Part shown: in pieces, positions 61,064 through 64,000 of the stretch
Layout of the letters: each line of letters begins with the position of its first letter
Numbering within the stretch: position 1 is the first letter of the stretch
Assembly: GCF_008727795.1 (NCBI RefSeq)
Contig: NZ_CP044222.1
Coordinates: forward strand, 3,632,686 to 3,696,685
DNA length: 64,000 nucleotides
Direction of reading: 5' to 3'
From: Nitrincola iocasae
GTDB lineage: Bacteria; Pseudomonadota; Gammaproteobacteria; Pseudomonadales; Balneatricaceae
Translations under genes and position numbers: made by a program
Notes under the pieces: model-generated
Database searches by the model: none
Seen by the model: the letters and a program-made list of their open reading frames with translations, nothing else
Told to the model about the DNA's origin: nothing

Positions 61064-63217
61064 TTACGCAATGTGTGACTCCTCTGCAGGTGTCCAGGGC
61101 AAGCTAAACCGGATACAGGTACCTTTTCCAAGACCTTCCGAGCTCGCATGTATTTCACCACCATGACGCTGCACTATTTTTCGACAAACCGATAGGCCAA
61201 TTCCTTCACCCACAAAACTTGATCGAGGGTTCAAACGCCGAAACACCTTAAAGATACAGCCCACCTGCTCAGGCTCGATACCTATCCCCTGATCACAGAT
61301 CGTCGCTTCCCAAACACGCTCTAGACAGCGTCCCTTTATCGCAATAACAGGCGGCTGCCCTTGTGCATGGAACTTGATCGCATTGGCGATCAGATTCTGA
61401 AACAACCTGACTCCTTCATTGCGACTCATCCAGATACTCGGCCAATCGCCCTCTACACTGATAGAGGCGTCGTGTTTACGTACTTCGGGCCCCAGATAGA
61501 CCAGAGCCTCATCCAGTAAAGTTCTCAATGCGCACCAGTGGGCAGGCTCCCCTCCTCGCCCAACACGAGAATATTCCAGCAATGACTGCAGCATGTCATC
61601 TAGACGCTGACCTCCTTCTGTCACATAGCCCAGGTATTCACGAATCTCGTCCGAGCAATCGACGCCCAGTTTTTTATCAATAATTTGAGAAAAGCTGGTA
61701 ATCATTCGAAGCGGTTGACGTAAATCGTGCGAGGCAATGTAAGCAAATTGTTCCAGCTCTTCGTTGGAGGTTTGTAAAGCATCGGCCTGACGACGAATCG
61801 CTTCTTCATGCTGCTTTTGTGCAGTAATATCATGTACTGAACCTATTAGACGTGCTGGTTGACCTGCGTCATCGAGTTCCACTCGGGCACGTTCATGTAC
61901 CCAACGCACACTGCCATCAGGCCTGATGATACGGTGCTGAATATCATGCACACCCAATTTTTCTGCCGCCTTTGTACTAGCCATAACCGCATCGCGATCT
62001 TCAGGGTGAACGGCGGCACTAAAGGACTCAACACTGGGTTCAAATATTTGCGGATTCTGCCCAAATATTTCAAAAATAATATCTGACCACCAGAGTGAAC
62101 CGGTCTGAAGGTCGGCTTCCCAGTACCCAAGATGCGCCAACTGCTGTACTTCCTCCAAGCGCAGATGGTGAAGTCTGTCCTGTTCAACCACATACTGATC
62201 AAGACGTCGCTGGCGCTGCACCATCCAGCCGCAGAATAATAAACTCAATAGCACCAGTAGTGCCGTGGCAATAAACTTATAGGTCTCACTGCGTTGAAAA
62301 CGTGCAATATCAACCAGTGTTGGGTCCAGATCTTCGGTTACAACTACCAGCAAAGACCAATCGTTCAAGCGTTGATATGCCGTCTGACGCCATTTACCAT
62401 CGATAGGGGCGGCTCCTCTATAGGAGTAATTATCAGGAGGGTTACCTTGCCACTGCATTACCGGTGCAACCATCAAACCAGGCTGCAAATCAATCAAGGG
62501 CATACGATAGATCAGCCCACCCTCCAAAGTTAACAACGCTGTCGTCAATCCGGGCTGCTGGGTAATACGCCCTAACCCTTCAGCTAATTGATAGACATCA
62601 ATTGCGGCAACAATAACCCCCTCAAACTCGCCTTGAGGACTAAACACCGGACGACTTAAGGCAATAAATAAGGCACTAGGCTCCAAACGGGACATAGTGG
62701 GTGCCGAAAGATAGACTTGATCGATCTGTTGCTGCTGATGAATGCGAAAATAATCACGATCTGCAACCGAGAGGGAGGACTGTTCAAAGGTCCAGACTTG
62801 CATCTGGCCGTGCTTATCAAGCAGAAAAAAATCCAATAGCTCTGGTGTTTCCAACTGCTTAGACAACATGTATGTCCGCAGATCTACTTCAGCCTGATTA
62901 TTACTTTGCAGCAGACGCCGAAAAGTCAGTAGACTGCGATCAATTTCCTGCAAACGGGCATTGACCAATTCGCGTTGCGTCAAGGATATCGCTTTCACCG
63001 ACTGCTCGGCCCGATCCAGTTGACGTAACTCATAAGATTCAGAGGCCGAGTGATGGAACAAATATAACGACAGGAGTATCAACACCCCCAATAACAACAG
63101 CATCAGATTGACAGCGGTCGATTTTGGCAAAACTTGTGGGGTTTTGGGCATGCGCACAGAAACTTCTGAGTGGCTTGATGTGGGTTTAATAATACGCGTT
63201 AAGCGAAATGACCACAA
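61064..63217 (-). CDS. Sensor histidine kinase with a periplasmic sensor domain between two TM helices, a PAS domain, HisKA and HATPase_c.
   Basis: H-box FAYIASHDLRQPLR, N-box NLIANAIKFH and G-boxes DQGIGIE and GIGLSV. There are two TM helices flanking a roughly 270-aa periplasmic domain. Confidence 0.85.
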   Translation of the reverse strand: MWSFRLTRIIKPTSSHSEVSVRMPKTPQVLPKSTAVNLMLLLLGVLILLSLYLFHHSASESYELRQLDRAEQSVKAISLTQRELVNARLQEIDRSLLTFRRLLQSNNQAEVDLRTYMLSKQLETPELLDFFLLDKHGQMQVWTFEQSSLSVADRDYFRIHQQQQIDQVYLSAPTMSRLEPSALFIALSRPVFSPQGEFEGVIVAAIDVYQLAEGLGRITQQPGLTTALLTLEGGLIYRMPLIDLQPGLMVAPVMQWQGNPPDNYSYRGAAPIDGKWRQTAYQRLNDWSLLVVVTEDLDPTLVDIARFQRSETYKFIATALLVLLSLLFCGWMVQRQRRLDQYVVEQDRLHHLRLEEVQQLAHLGYWEADLQTGSLWWSDIIFEIFGQNPQIFEPSVESFSAAVHPEDRDAVMASTKAAEKLGVHDIQHRIIRPDGSVRWVHERARVELDDAGQPARLIGSVHDITAQKQHEEAIRRQADALQTSNEELEQFAYIASHDLRQPLRMITSFSQIIDKKLGVDCSDEIREYLGYVTEGGQRLDDMLQSLLEYSRVGRGGEPAHWCALRTLLDEALVYLGPEVRKHDASISVEGDWPSIWMSRNEGVRLFQNLIANAIKFHAQGQPPVIAIKGRCLERVWEATICDQGIGIEPEQVGCIFKVFRRLNPRSSFVGEGIGLSVCRKIVQRHGGEIHASSEGLGKGTCIRFSLPWTPAEESHIA

Positions 63218-63296
63218 ACGCTGCTGATTAAACTTTCCGCTATGTTATGCTGTCTGTGTATATGAATTTATCTGCATTTAAACTAAGGATGATGGA

Positions 63297-63977
63297 ATGG
63301 AAACTTCCGTGAAAGTCTGGGACTGGAGTTTACGCGTTTTTCATTGGAGCTTGCCAGTTTTACTGTTTCTGTTGTGGTTCTCTGCCACCCAAAGCGAAAA
63401 TTTTGATGCCATAGAACATCATATGCTGTTGGCTCAGATTCTTTTAGGGCTGATGATTTATCGTATTATCTGGGGGTTTATCGGCACACCGGCTGCACGC
63501 TTCAGCCGTTTTATCACTGGCCCTCGCAGTTGGAGGGGCTACGCCATGTCCATTATTCGTCGTCAACCGCTAGCCTATATGGGGCATAACCCTTTAGGAG
63601 GCCTGATGGTCTTGGTGTTACTGGGTGCTCTGAGTTTTCAGTTACTGACTGGCTTATTTACTGATGATGACATACTCTTTTCAGGCCCCCTGGCCAGCAC
63701 AGCATCTCAGGACACCGTAAGCTGGATGAGTAGCTGGCATCGGCGATTTTTTGACTGGATTCTGATTCTGATCGGGGTGCATTTGCTGGCCATCGTCTTT
63801 TACAAGCTGTTAGGCGAAGGTCTGGTAAAAGCCATGTTTACGGGTCGCAAACCGCTGCATGATTCCGCACCAGATCTTCACAAGTTACTTCCCGTACCCA
63901 CGACTTTTCCCTGGATCCGCTTTTGCATCGCCGTGGCTATCACTGCCGCTTGTGTCGGGATACTTTTTTATCGTTAA
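63297..63977 (+). CDS. Cytochrome b561 / Ni-Fe-hydrogenase b-type cytochrome-like membrane protein.
   Basis: Four TM helices carrying the conserved His residues of the PF01292 family. Confidence 0.7.
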   Translation: METSVKVWDWSLRVFHWSLPVLLFLLWFSATQSENFDAIEHHMLLAQILLGLMIYRIIWGFIGTPAARFSRFITGPRSWRGYAMSIIRRQPLAYMGHNPLGGLMVLVLLGALSFQLLTGLFTDDDILFSGPLASTASQDTVSWMSSWHRRFFDWILILIGVHLLAIVFYKLLGEGLVKAMFTGRKPLHDSAPDLHKLLPVPTTFPWIRFCIAVAITAACVGILFYR

Positions 63978-64000
63978 CTTGCCACGTAAGGTTCAGCCTG

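Overview
This 64-kb window looks like a gammaproteobacterial chromosome segment (taxon not determinable from sequence alone) with dense coding on both strands. I found no rRNA, tRNA, CRISPR array, transposase or integrase by eye.

Gene content from left to right:
- 1-7.2 kb: a lower-GC type I restriction-modification fragment. hsdS is possibly cut by the window edge. Three cargo genes follow: an RloC-like zinc-hook ABC-ATPase, a RhuM-family gene and a short PrrC-like ABC-ATPase. These are translationally coupled to hsdM. No hsdR is present in the window.
- 7.4-13.0 kb: a complete urease operon, ureABC-ureE-ureJ/hupE-ureF-ureG-ureD.
- 13.2-15.6 kb: a class-3-lipase-like gene translationally coupled to two tandem, near-identical lipoprotein genes and a third truncated junction remnant. 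This is an effector/immunity-like cassette.
- 15.6-22.3 kb: an EamA transporter, an AraC regulator, a cytoplasmic PhoD-like phosphatase, a cupin-XRE regulator, a decayed remnant of a cupin-XRE paralogue, BenE, and a small membrane protein.
- 22.3-28.5 kb, minus strand: the allantoin branch of purine catabolism. It holds puuE allantoinase, allA, allantoicase, an RpiR regulator and a polar-amino-acid-type ABC transporter.
- 28.9-38.1 kb: the candidate novel system. It is an AT-richer same-strand array: hypothetical gene, PspA/IM30 (ESCRT-III superfamily), YqiJ/NfeD-like membrane protein, YqiK-like flotillin, and a 1651-aa protein. The large protein has a beta-rich N-terminal domain, a long coiled-coil middle and a single C-terminal MoxR/dynein-type AAA+ module. 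A lytic transglycosylase follows. The array is preceded by paired TTACATGTAA palindromes.
- 39.5-41.1 kb: yigZ and srkA.
- 41.3-56.5 kb: the purine salvage and oxidation branch. It holds a divergent long Prs-like gene, gpt, an AzgA-type permease, xdhABC, uraD, uraH, guaD, puuD, a TetR regulator, an 8-oxoguanine-deaminase-like amidohydrolase and an NCS2 permease. A shared 21-nt palindromic motif lies upstream of xdhA and of the NCS2 permease.
- 56.8-64 kb: an NitT/TauT-type ABC transporter, a REC-PAS-GGDEF regulator with a degenerate SGDEF motif, a periplasmic-sensor histidine kinase and a cytochrome b561.

Coordinates derived from my own base counting rather than the ORF track may be off by 1-2 nt.
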